Shown piece after piece: positions 24,889 to 33,262 of a DNA stretch of 51,058 nt. The DNA is taken from positions 1-51,058 of IMG/VR virus record IMGVR_UViG_3300015203_000011. The stretch is one strand, 5' to 3'. The position numbers were made by a program, and so were the translations under genes. The DNA comes from a virus. Position 1 is the first letter of the stretch. The number at the start of each line of letters is the position of its first letter. Under the pieces are notes generated by a model that searched no databases, had not been told where the DNA came from, and saw only the letters and a list, made by a program, of their open reading frames with translations.

Positions 24889-27036
24889 ATGACTAAACCT
24901 ACACAGAATTTAACATGGGATAGCAATGGAACTAATCTCACTACACCACGCTCTGGGTGGAGAAGTGATGGATTTGCTACTAACGATATCCCAACTTCTG
25001 GCGAAGACAACTATCTCCGTAAAGGGTACGCTGCATGGCAAGCATATTTAGATGCACAAAATGATACGAATGTCTCAAACATAAATACTGCAGATGGCCG
25101 TATTAATTTCAATCAATACGATGCGACAGTTACGCCCTTTGAAGCTAACGATTTTTATGCCATATCTTACAATTCCGGCGGTGGTTTTTATCTTGTAACT
25201 GGCAGTGCCGGAGTCACCTATCGCTCTGTAGATGCCGGATTAACTTGGGTAAAGCAAGTCGTAGGTGCCGGTGATTTTCTTTGTAATGCTTCGAATGGAA
25301 CAACAACTGTTATTGCTGATACTAATGGAGCAATTTGGAATACGACAGACGGCTTAACATTCACTTCTCGAACCCCAGGATATAGCACCGCAGCTTACGC
25401 AATCGCATATGGTGGTGGTGCTTATATTATCGGAAGCGCTACTGGAAATTATCAAACATCAGTAGATGGCGGTACCACTTGGGTATGGCAAGATGGTCCC
25501 TTTGCTGCGGATATTAGATCTATAGCAGTTGGTGCAGCATATTTTGCTCTCGGACTATCAAATGGCAAGACAATCTATGTCGCTCAGAATCTTGGGGTAT
25601 TAGGTAGCCCAAGCGTAACCGCATCAGCTCAAGGTATTTACAATATTGCCTACAAACCAGGTTTTGGTTTTATTGCTTATGGTCACGGCGGTAAAATCTC
25701 AACATCTATAGATGACGGTCTTACATGGTCATACGATGTCGCAACTCTTTCGGATACCGGATATCCAGTAGGTTCAGTCGTAAATGAGTATGGTATCGTT
25801 GGATTAATAAGTGATTCTAATAATATTTTTTGGACATCCGATGGCTTGAATTTTACTAAACAACCTACAAAACTTCTTACAAGTTTCTATGGTTCAAGTC
25901 AAGCAGCATATCTAAATGGACTTTATTTCCTTTTAGGATTTACTGGACAAATATTACGTTGTGATACCTACACTTCAATCCGCAATGATTTACAGACCGC
26001 TCTAGTAACAAATAAAAATGCAGCACTCGCAGCATCCCAATCAGCCTCAGCAATGTCTATGCTTCATAGCATATTACAGTCTGTTAATTCAGCTCAAGCC
26101 CCTGGAAATACCGTAGGCGCACAGAATACGGTATCTTTTGCCAATCCTACCGGCGGCTATTCCGTAGCATCAATAGGTGCCTCGAACAACATCTTTTTTT
26201 CGACACCTACAAACACTTATAATATAGGTGGTACACTTCCGGCCCTAACTGGAACTCAAACTGGCTCTGCGCATACCTTTTATGACATTTGTTGCGATGG
26301 TACAACGTATCTAGTTGCTTGTGGCGCAGCTGGTATTATCTATACTATGCCAATTGCGAGTGGACCGGCTACATTAACTGCCGCAACATCCGGTACGGCA
26401 AATGCGCTTACTGCCATAGCAACAGATGGTGTAAATTATTGTGCAGTTTCTGGAACAACCTCAACAAGTACCATGCGCTATAAAGGAAGCACCCTACCTA
26501 CTGGAACTTGGTCAGGAGCCACTACAGGTTTAACAAGTAAAGCATTGGTCGGTGTGGCTTACGGAAATGGGGTATGGGTATCTATTTCCTCTGATGGCAT
26601 CCCTATTACGGCTTCAACACCTGGCGGCACTTGGACTACGCAAACAACATTAGCTAGTTTTACTTGCCAAGGTATGAAATTTATTGGTGGTTTATTTGTA
26701 GCTTACGGAAATGCAGGAAAAATATTCACAAGCACCAATGGCGTTACCTGGAGTGCTAAAGTCGACCCATCGGTTAATGCGGCATTAGGTACCTTAGTTG
26801 GAGCAACAGCGATACCACTATCCACCGGAGGATATTTGTATCTTTTCAATGCTTTTTACTCCAGTCAATTCTGGATAGTATATACATACGATAGTTTTTC
26901 TACAATGAAATCCTCCGCTCTTTCAAATTTCTCATGGCAGAGTGCATTATTTAATTATGTACCCTTGGCAAAATGTATGGTATTCGAAGAACTTACAACG
27001 TCAAAAATTTTCATTTCTCCACAACTCGTATTTTAA
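24889..27036 (+). CDS. Tail fibre / receptor-binding protein with BNR (Asp-box) repeats
   Basis: Asp-boxes SVDAGLTW, SVDGGTTW and SIDDGLTW. Degenerate copies TTDGLTF, TSDGLNF, STPGGTW and STNGVTW. Confidence 0.65.
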   Translation: MTKPTQNLTWDSNGTNLTTPRSGWRSDGFATNDIPTSGEDNYLRKGYAAWQAYLDAQNDTNVSNINTADGRINFNQYDATVTPFEANDFYAISYNSGGGFYLVTGSAGVTYRSVDAGLTWVKQVVGAGDFLCNASNGTTTVIADTNGAIWNTTDGLTFTSRTPGYSTAAYAIAYGGGAYIIGSATGNYQTSVDGGTTWVWQDGPFAADIRSIAVGAAYFALGLSNGKTIYVAQNLGVLGSPSVTASAQGIYNIAYKPGFGFIAYGHGGKISTSIDDGLTWSYDVATLSDTGYPVGSVVNEYGIVGLISDSNNIFWTSDGLNFTKQPTKLLTSFYGSSQAAYLNGLYFLLGFTGQILRCDTYTSIRNDLQTALVTNKNAALAASQSASAMSMLHSILQSVNSAQAPGNTVGAQNTVSFANPTGGYSVASIGASNNIFFSTPTNTYNIGGTLPALTGTQTGSAHTFYDICCDGTTYLVACGAAGIIYTMPIASGPATLTAATSGTANALTAIATDGVNYCAVSGTTSTSTMRYKGSTLPTGTWSGATTGLTSKALVGVAYGNGVWVSISSDGIPITASTPGGTWTTQTTLASFTCQGMKFIGGLFVAYGNAGKIFTSTNGVTWSAKVDPSVNAALGTLVGATAIPLSTGGYLYLFNAFYSSQFWIVYTYDSFSTMKSSALSNFSWQSALFNYVPLAKCMVFEELTTSKIFISPQLVF

Positions 27037-27058
27037 TAAACAACAAAAGGAAAATAAT

Positions 27059-27502
27059 ATGTTATCAACCGTTCTATATAGTCTACTTCTAGCCCTCGGT
27101 GGCAGTTTACTCGCTCTCGCAGTCTACGGAGTAGCAAAATTAAATGCACTCGTTAGTGCAAAAGTCAAAAGTGCCTATCTTCAAAGCGCAATTCTTCGTC
27201 TTGACAACGCAGCCATGAATGCTACGAAGTCTGTGTATCAGACTTTCGTTTCGCCCCTTAAAGCAGCCGGTGGTCTTTCCGATGCTAACAAAGCAGCAGC
27301 TAAGGCAGCAGCTCTTGCAGAAATGAAAAGTTACTTAGGCGAAAAGGGTCTTCAAGAGATCATGTTCGTGTTAGGTTTGGGTTCAGCTAAGGATCCCAAT
27401 GCAGCACAAGCCGCTCCAGTAGCCCCACCCGCAGCCGTCCCTAGTTCGGTAGATGCCGTTTTGAGCACTAGCATCGAAGCAGCAGTTTCGAACTTGAAGT
27501 AG
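27059..27502 (+). CDS. Holin-like protein (single N-terminal TM, LL-H-like architecture)
   Basis: ATG at 27059 after AAGGAAA. TM segment is VLYSLLLALGGSLLALAVYGV. The ORF-track start at 26942 overlaps the fibre gene. Confidence 0.4.
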   Translation: MLSTVLYSLLLALGGSLLALAVYGVAKLNALVSAKVKSAYLQSAILRLDNAAMNATKSVYQTFVSPLKAAGGLSDANKAAAKAAALAEMKSYLGEKGLQEIMFVLGLGSAKDPNAAQAAPVAPPAAVPSSVDAVLSTSIEAAVSNLK

Positions 27503-27504
27503 TT

Positions 27505-27918
27505 ATGTTGGCTTCAATATTAGCCTTAATAACACTTCTAGGACCTATTTTTGGGTACATCGTCAACAAGATTGTTGGCGGACTAAACTCGGCAGATGAC
27601 GCAGTGGCAGCTAACGTAGCTCTAGCTGCTCATCTTGCTGACGTTAAGAATAGTGCCCTTAAAGCCGTCAAAGAAATAGATATTACCTTCGTCTCTCCGG
27701 CAAAGGTTCGTGGAACGTTTACTTCAGACACGGCAATCGAAGCTAAGGCTTTAGCCCTAGAAAAGTTCAAGTCGAACATGGGTACAAACGAACTAGTTAA
27801 CCTAGCCATGGTCTTCCAAACCAACGCAGACGGCCTGAATGGCATCCTAAATACCATGATAGAAGCTGCTATTTACGATAATAGCGGACAAAAAATGGGC
27901 TCTATAGCCCTGAATTGA
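27505..27918 (+). CDS. Holin-like protein (paralog of 27059 gene)
   Basis: It shares the TM segment, an FVSP(L/A)K motif and an ALAE/ALEKFKS segment with the upstream gene. Confidence 0.4.
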   Translation: MLASILALITLLGPIFGYIVNKIVGGLNSADDAVAANVALAAHLADVKNSALKAVKEIDITFVSPAKVRGTFTSDTAIEAKALALEKFKSNMGTNELVNLAMVFQTNADGLNGILNTMIEAAIYDNSGQKMGSIALN

Positions 27919-27959
27919 TTGATTTTTTCATTATTTTTAGCGGATCATGACGATTTTTC

Positions 27960-27989
27960 TTGACTTGGATACCTTTAGTTTGATATAAT
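27960..27989 (+). promoter_or_regulatory. Promoter TTGACT-18-TATAAT with extended -10 (TGATATAAT)
   Basis: Counted directly. No ORF follows. Confidence 0.7.
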
Positions 27990-27995
27990 ATACTC

Positions 27996-28094
27996 AGAAA
28001 GGGAAGGAGCTCTGGAAACGGACCCTGACACCAGTACCACCGGCCTCCCTTTCGAAGATGCCAGAAGAAGCCCCAGAAGAGGGGCTTTATTTTT
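27996..28094 (+). ncRNA. Candidate ~100-nt structured small RNA
   Basis: It lies between a strong promoter and a terminator. A 10-bp closing helix pairs GAAAGGGAAGG (27998-28008) with CCTCCCTTTC (28044-28053). There is no start codon with an SD. Confidence 0.35.
28068..28094 (+). terminator. Intrinsic terminator 1
   Basis: AAGCCCC-AGAAGA-GGGGCTT followed by TATTTT. Confidence 0.65.
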
Positions 28095-28117
28095 ACCCTC
28101 TAATGGAGGGTTTTTTT
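28095..28117 (+). terminator. Intrinsic terminator 2
   Basis: ACCCTC-TAATG-GAGGGT followed by T7. The T-run overlaps the endolysin stop codon on the other strand. Confidence 0.75.
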
Positions 28118-28544
28118 ATGCCAAAAATAAGCACATTTCAGCTTTTCGCCTACGCGTCAGGCCATTGTTCACGATTGAGTGGATCTTATTCCACTTGATG
28201 AACTCGTTGGCAGCTGCATTGAAGTTATTTTGATTTACTTGGTGGAGCAAGGTGGAAGTCTCTATGGCCCCTAAACCGATGTTATAGGCTAGGCAAACTA
28301 AGGCACTGAATTCATTTTCTGTAACATCTACTTTCAGTAGTTTCGTTATGCCCAATTCAGTCCTGGCTAGATCATTTTCCAGTAATCTATCAGCCTCACA
28401 TTGACTAATTTCTTGCCCCAGATGTACCTCAGGACCAGTATGCCCATAACCTATCGTAGGTTTTCCACCTTGATCAAGATAGGCTTTAAATTTACAACCT
28501 TCGAAATCCTTAATTAATTTACGGCCAGCTACGTTCGTTTTCAT
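28116..28544 (-). CDS. Endolysin, GH24 (T4/lambda-type) lysozyme
   Basis: LIKDFEGCKFKAYLDQGGKPTIGYGHT carries the Glu-Asp-Thr catalytic pattern. Confidence 0.85.
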   Translation of the reverse strand: MKTNVAGRKLIKDFEGCKFKAYLDQGGKPTIGYGHTGPEVHLGQEISQCEADRLLENDLARTELGITKLLKVDVTENEFSALVCLAYNIGLGAIETSTLLHQVNQNNFNAAANEFIKWNKIHSIVNNGLTRRRKAEMCLFLA

Positions 28545-28548
28545 TTAG

Positions 28549-28806
28549 TCACCATTTGCAGTTCGTTCCTTGCTCAATAAGCCAAGATTGTAGAGCGGTA
28601 TCATTATCACAGACCAGAATAGTTACCGGGACTAGATTACCATTCGGTTGTAACTCTAGATATGAGCATAGTCTACCATACCCACTAGAGCACGGCACGT
28701 CTTCATGGGCCTGCAAATGCGTGCAACCTGCCATTGAATAGGTTAATAAAAAACCAACTATGAGAAGCCCTGCTGCTAGAAGTGCCATTTTCAATTCCAG
28801 TTTCAT
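28549..28806 (-). CDS. Lipoprotein adjacent to endolysin (possible outer-membrane spanin-like component)
   Basis: The internal ATG at 28806 has an AAGGA site upstream. Signal peptide plus lipobox is LLTYSMAGC. No C-terminal TM. Confidence 0.5.
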   Translation of the reverse strand: MKLELKMALLAAGLLIVGFLLTYSMAGCTHLQAHEDVPCSSGYGRLCSYLELQPNGNLVPVTILVCDNDTALQSWLIEQGTNCKW

Positions 28807-28991
28807 TCTTGATCCTTTTTCACGGTTGGCATTGATTTTATATGTTCCGTGTGCCGGGCTTGGCTTGTACGAAAACACTCTAGTGAGATGAGGTATTGTC
28901 CATTTTCCTTAGTTATGCTAGGGTTGTCAGAGTATAGCCATAGCATATACCCTGGATGGGCTTTAACTCTACATAGCACTAGTTCCCTCAT
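28803..28991 (-). CDS. Hypothetical protein
   Basis: 62 aa, with ATGA coupling on both sides. Confidence 0.4.
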   Translation of the reverse strand: MRELVLCRVKAHPGYMLWLYSDNPSITKENGQYLISLECFRTSQARHTEHIKSMPTVKKDQE

Positions 28992-29500
28992 TCTGCGTCC
29001 CTAACAACCACACTTATGATATTTGTTGGTTTTATTCCGGGTATCTCAACACCAGATGAGAGTCGGTCCTTTACTGCATCCTTATCGATACTTTTAACTA
29101 CGAACTCTTCGGGCACAAGTGCCTCATCTTCGATTACGAAGGATGGGTAGGTCCTATAGAACACCGCACCGTCAGTTGTAATAATGGCAGATGAGGATTC
29201 CAATGTGGATTCCATAACTACATCCATGTTCCCGGTCTCGTAACCTACTACGGCCTTATCATGGGCAGTATTCTGAACTTCTCTAGCGAGTTCGAAAAGG
29301 AACTTAAGTTTGCCCCGTACCTCTTGATCCTTGAGTTTCAAGGCCGAGTACTCATCGGCATATTTATCTTGAGCTTCTTTAATAGCTTTACGATGTTCCA
29401 AAGTTTCGAGATTGTATTTTTCTTCGAAAGCCTTTATTTCTTTGTTCGTATTCTGCATTTCGGCAGATAGTTCTTCATATTGTTTTTGCATTTTCGACAT
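28988..29500 (-). CDS. Gp157-like protein
   Basis: N-terminal coiled coil. C-terminal VPEEFVVKSIDKDAVKDRLSSGVEIPGIK...VVVR resembles the siphovirus Gp157 family. Confidence 0.55.
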   Translation of the reverse strand: MSKMQKQYEELSAEMQNTNKEIKAFEEKYNLETLEHRKAIKEAQDKYADEYSALKLKDQEVRGKLKFLFELAREVQNTAHDKAVVGYETGNMDVVMESTLESSSAIITTDGAVFYRTYPSFVIEDEALVPEEFVVKSIDKDAVKDRLSSGVEIPGIKPTNIISVVVRDAE

Positions 29501-30044
29501 TTTTTATCCTTTTATTAAATCTATCTCTTGCCCATAAACCAATTCCGATACTGTCAAAACCGTTGTGTCTAAGTGCCTCTGGAACTCTCGATAACTCCCA
29601 GGATAGCACATCGATCTCTTGTTTGCTCAACTGACTGCAGGTTTTTTTAGTCATTACATTTTTAGGAACTTGACCCTTCCATTCCTTAGGGGTCGGTAAC
29701 ATCAAGTTCTTTGGTTTGAATTTTTCCCAAAGTACTCCGGACATTAAGGCTAAGGGGATTAGGTCATTCGGATCACCTTTAAGTTGAGCCTGTTGGTAAA
29801 TCTGAGGTTTCTCAACAACCAATAACTCTGGTCTTAGAGAATCAGAAATCGTAGTTTGCCAGATATGATGAAGTTTATCACAGATCTCTTGGATGGCTTG
29901 AGCTTGATTTACTACAGCCATCGTACGAATAACGTCAACGTAAACTAATTTACCTTTCAAAAATATAGCTACGCCACAAGCACGGATGCTCGGGTCTATG
30001 GCCAGAATACTCTCGGATTTAAAAGAGTTTGATGTTTCGTTCAT
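29475..30044 (-). CDS. RuvC-like Holliday junction resolvase
   Basis: Motifs ILAIDPSIRACGVAIF, LVVEKPQ and DSIGIGLWA. Confidence 0.7.
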   Translation of the reverse strand: MNETSNSFKSESILAIDPSIRACGVAIFLKGKLVYVDVIRTMAVVNQAQAIQEICDKLHHIWQTTISDSLRPELLVVEKPQIYQQAQLKGDPNDLIPLALMSGVLWEKFKPKNLMLPTPKEWKGQVPKNVMTKKTCSQLSKQEIDVLSWELSRVPEALRHNGFDSIGIGLWARDRFNKRIKNVENAKTI

Positions 30045-30267
30045 TTAATATCTCGTAAAATAGATCGGAGATTTCTTTGGCTAATGCGGACTCTTCCGAG
30101 GTCAATTCCCTTCCACTTATACCGGGATGACAATCCCTCTTCGTCATACGACGCAATACTTCCTGTGAAAATTCATGTAATGCTAAATAGTAATCTATAG
30201 CATGACTTGCTCTATCGAATTCCTCTTGTTCTTCAGGTAGGTTAAACTTTAATATTCCTTTAGCCAT
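30019..30267 (-). CDS. Hypothetical protein
   Basis: 82-aa ORF. Confidence 0.45.
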   Translation of the reverse strand: MAKGILKFNLPEEQEEFDRASHAIDYYLALHEFSQEVLRRMTKRDCHPGISGRELTSEESALAKEISDLFYEILNERNIKLF

Positions 30268-32065
30268 TTTTTCTCCAAGGTATTAGTTTTCCATTTTCGT
30301 AAACTGGTTTCGAATCTTTCGACCAGCAAGTCGCTAACTCGGGAGCCGCTTTTATTGGAACATCTGGAGTCCATCTATTGAAAGTCTGAATCATAACTTT
30401 CGTTAGTTCCTCAGCGGCCTCTGCTGCTCCGTCTTCTGGGGATTCCAAAATGATCTGATCGTGAACAAAGTTAGTAGGTCTACTTCCGTAAAGTGGTGAT
30501 TCTTGATCAATATAGCATCTTTTACAGACTTCGTAAAGTGCATTTTTTGCACCATCTGCTGCCAATCCTTGAAAAAATGAGTTGCAAGCTTCGGTGTAAC
30601 GCACATTTCCCCGATACCGATTGCTAAAAAATTGTTTTATGGGTTCTCCGGACCGGGTTATTGTGTTAATCCATTTAAAGTAATCGTTCATTTCTGGCCA
30701 ATTCTGAAGCCAGGCGGCCTTTAGTTTCTTTACTTCATCAACGGAGATAACTAGTCCAGTACCTTTCGCATAAAGTGAAAACTTTTCTGCGCCCATACCA
30801 CCGGGAAATCCGAAATTTGCGGCTTTCGAACGCTGTCTAGCTTCCTTTATTTCTACTGTTTCCTTACGTTCAACTGCAGATTCGTAGCTTATTCCTAACA
30901 TTTGCGCTGCAAAATCTAGATGTAAGTCCTTACCTTCAAGTAAGGAATCACGCATCTTGCTATACCCAAAAAGGGTATAGCAGATCTGTGCTAGGGTATA
31001 GAGTTCGGCTGAGTTGTAGTCGCAGGAGGCGTACACGTACCCAGGTCTCGGAACGTAGCATTCCCTAACACCAGGCTCTCTACGAGGGTTTTGGATGTTT
31101 GGCTTACTAGAACTGGTTCTTCCGGTTTCAAGTAGGCTCTCGAACCTCGTATGAATCGGTTCTGTGTTACCTCTTCGAAGAACAAGGATGTCTTTTGTTA
31201 TCAAAGTCTGAAGTTTACGGTAACGTGAGAGTTTTAGAAGAACTTCGTTATTAGAATCGTCACAAGCCTCTTCATCACACTTCGGTTTGCCAGTGGGTGT
31301 TCTAGGGCAGTTTGGATAACTTTGTTCCATCAACTGCTCAACTAACTTCATATTTCGAGTGCCATCTTCACGAACGACTTTCGCTTCTTTCAGAAAATCT
31401 CTCAGCAAATCTATCTCATTACGAGTTTTTAATTCTAAATCATCGACGGCTTCCTTAGAGGTTACAAGACCCCAAGCCGAAGTAAGGTAGAGTGCGAATG
31501 CTGTTCTAGTTTGTTCCGGTTCATTTTCGAACAAATTTAACTTTTGAGCCGGCTCTTCTTGCATTTCATACACTTTTCCTGTAGTTACGGCATCTTCAAT
31601 AGCGTAATCAACGGCACCTTGAGGCCATAGTTTTATTGGAAGGTTTTTTAGTTCCTTGTATCGAAGACGCCAAGTATCCTTATCTAAGGAAAGACCTAAA
31701 TATCTATTGGCAACATCTTTCAATGAATAGGTATTTTCTTTGAGAGTTCCATTGGCAATATGGATTAGGCGTTCACGTTTCAACGTATCACTGACTGCAC
31801 TACGATCAAGAGTATCAAAAATTAATGGCAGTAAATCGGGAAATTGATTCCCGATTACTGCTAAATCGAATGCTGCGTTGTGAAATACAAGCGGTTTCTC
31901 TTGTGATGCCTGTTCTAGTTTATCCTTAATCCAGTCGTGAGAATCCTTCCAGTGCAACAACCCCGATTCCTTGCCATCATACCAACTTATACATATGAGG
32001 TGGGGCGCCTGATTACCAGGCGCAATCAACTCAGTTTCAGTATCGAGGGCTAAAAAGGATTTCAC
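30260..32065 (-). CDS. Family A DNA polymerase with 3'-5' exonuclease domain
   Basis: Exonuclease motifs LALDTET, FHNAAFDL and YAIEDA. Polymerase motif A CDYNSAELYTLA, motif B RQRSKAANFGFPGG, motif C FVHDQ. Confidence 0.9.
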   Translation of the reverse strand: MKSFLALDTETELIAPGNQAPHLICISWYDGKESGLLHWKDSHDWIKDKLEQASQEKPLVFHNAAFDLAVIGNQFPDLLPLIFDTLDRSAVSDTLKRERLIHIANGTLKENTYSLKDVANRYLGLSLDKDTWRLRYKELKNLPIKLWPQGAVDYAIEDAVTTGKVYEMQEEPAQKLNLFENEPEQTRTAFALYLTSAWGLVTSKEAVDDLELKTRNEIDLLRDFLKEAKVVREDGTRNMKLVEQLMEQSYPNCPRTPTGKPKCDEEACDDSNNEVLLKLSRYRKLQTLITKDILVLRRGNTEPIHTRFESLLETGRTSSSKPNIQNPRREPGVRECYVPRPGYVYASCDYNSAELYTLAQICYTLFGYSKMRDSLLEGKDLHLDFAAQMLGISYESAVERKETVEIKEARQRSKAANFGFPGGMGAEKFSLYAKGTGLVISVDEVKKLKAAWLQNWPEMNDYFKWINTITRSGEPIKQFFSNRYRGNVRYTEACNSFFQGLAADGAKNALYEVCKRCYIDQESPLYGSRPTNFVHDQIILESPEDGAAEAAEELTKVMIQTFNRWTPDVPIKAAPELATCWSKDSKPVYENGKLIPWRKNG

Positions 32066-32072
32066 AATATTC

Positions 32073-32507
32073 CTAGACTGGGTAGAAGGCCAAATTTACG
32101 TATTCCTTACCTGTTTTAGCAGAAACTTTAGAAAATGCCCGTACTCCAATGTGTTTACCAGCGAGAGGGTTCTTGTCTGATACTACTTGATCACAGACTT
32201 CTTCGGTGACTTCTGCGGCGTCTCTTCCACCACCTAGGGCACTAATAATGTACTGTGCAATATTCTTTTGGGCCATGTCTCGGATTACGAAAGTTTGAAA
32301 ATAGCTTTTTTCATCGCCTACTTTAACATCCTCATTATCACTTTCAAGGATTCTTAACTCACCTACGAATACTTTTGAACCGTCTTTTCGTTCAACAAGT
32401 TTAGATGCCAAGATTTCTGCCTTGTAGTTCCCTGGAACGAAATAACTATTTTCTTTCGGTGGTCTAACGTCAACTTTTTGTTTTTCGATACCTGTAAATA
32501 CACTCAT
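32073..32507 (-). CDS. Hypothetical protein
   Basis: 144-aa ORF between the ClpP-like gene and the polymerase gene. Confidence 0.5.
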   Translation of the reverse strand: MSVFTGIEKQKVDVRPPKENSYFVPGNYKAEILASKLVERKDGSKVFVGELRILESDNEDVKVGDEKSYFQTFVIRDMAQKNIAQYIISALGGGRDAAEVTEEVCDQVVSDKNPLAGKHIGVRAFSKVSAKTGKEYVNLAFYPV

Positions 32508-33262
32508 TTCTTTACTCCTCTTTTAGGTTTAGCTTTTGATTTTTTTGCGGGTGCTTCTTTTTCTTCATTCTCGTCTGTTAAAACTTGTCGATATTTCTTT
32601 TTACCTTTTCTATCTTTTTTGACTTCATCAAAAATATGAACGAATGCTGCTTTAGCATATTCAATCTTCATGTACCCAATCTCATCTACGACACCGAGTT
32701 CCTTAGCTTCTTTGGCACTCAACCACTTGTCTCGCTTTAGATAGTTCTTTAGACCTTCGAGCCCACCGGGGAACCCAGTATTGTCTACAAAAATCTGCAT
32801 AGCTAGATCGTTCATACGTTCAAGTTCATCTGCATGGACTCGCATGTCATCAACGTGAGGTGATCGGGGCCATCCTGAGGTCTGGTGGATCATTACCGTC
32901 GATTTAGGAGTTGCTATTCTTAGGTCTCCGTAGGCAAGCAGGTCTGCTGCTGCGCTGCAGGCCTCCCCACTAACCATTGTAATGAAGTAGAACTCCTTAG
33001 GGGCGCAGGCGGTAATAGCATCCATGCTATCGAACATCTGAAACATAGCTGCAACATCGCCACCAGGTGAGTTAATGTTGATAGTTATGGGAAGTCTGGG
33101 GTTCATTTTGAACTGTCGATTAATACGATCATGAAATTCTATAGCAGAATCGGGAGTTATTTCCTGGACCCAGATCTCATCTGCGTCCCTAAAAGCACTT
33201 GATTCATCTTCATCATCCATATCACGTCGTGGTTTTTGGTTCATCATTTTACCTTTTTCCAT
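32504..33262 (-). CDS. ClpP-family serine protease with Lys-rich C-terminal tail
   Basis: Motifs ININSPGGDV, GEACSAAADLL (Ser), VMIHQTSG (His) and LGVVDEI (Asp). The start may be an internal Met at 33247 or 33244. Confidence 0.75.
   Translation of the reverse strand: MEKGKMMNQKPRRDMDDEDESSAFRDADEIWVQEITPDSAIEFHDRINRQFKMNPRLPITININSPGGDVAAMFQMFDSMDAITACAPKEFYFITMVSGEACSAAADLLAYGDLRIATPKSTVMIHQTSGWPRSPHVDDMRVHADELERMNDLAMQIFVDNTGFPGGLEGLKNYLKRDKWLSAKEAKELGVVDEIGYMKIEYAKAAFVHIFDEVKKDRKGKKKYRQVLTDENEEKEAPAKKSKAKPKRGVKK

Noticed and set aside
26942-27058. N-terminal extension of the first holin-like ORF
   Set aside because: The extension overlaps the end of the fibre gene in another frame. The ATG at 27059 has an SD and starts directly with the TM segment.
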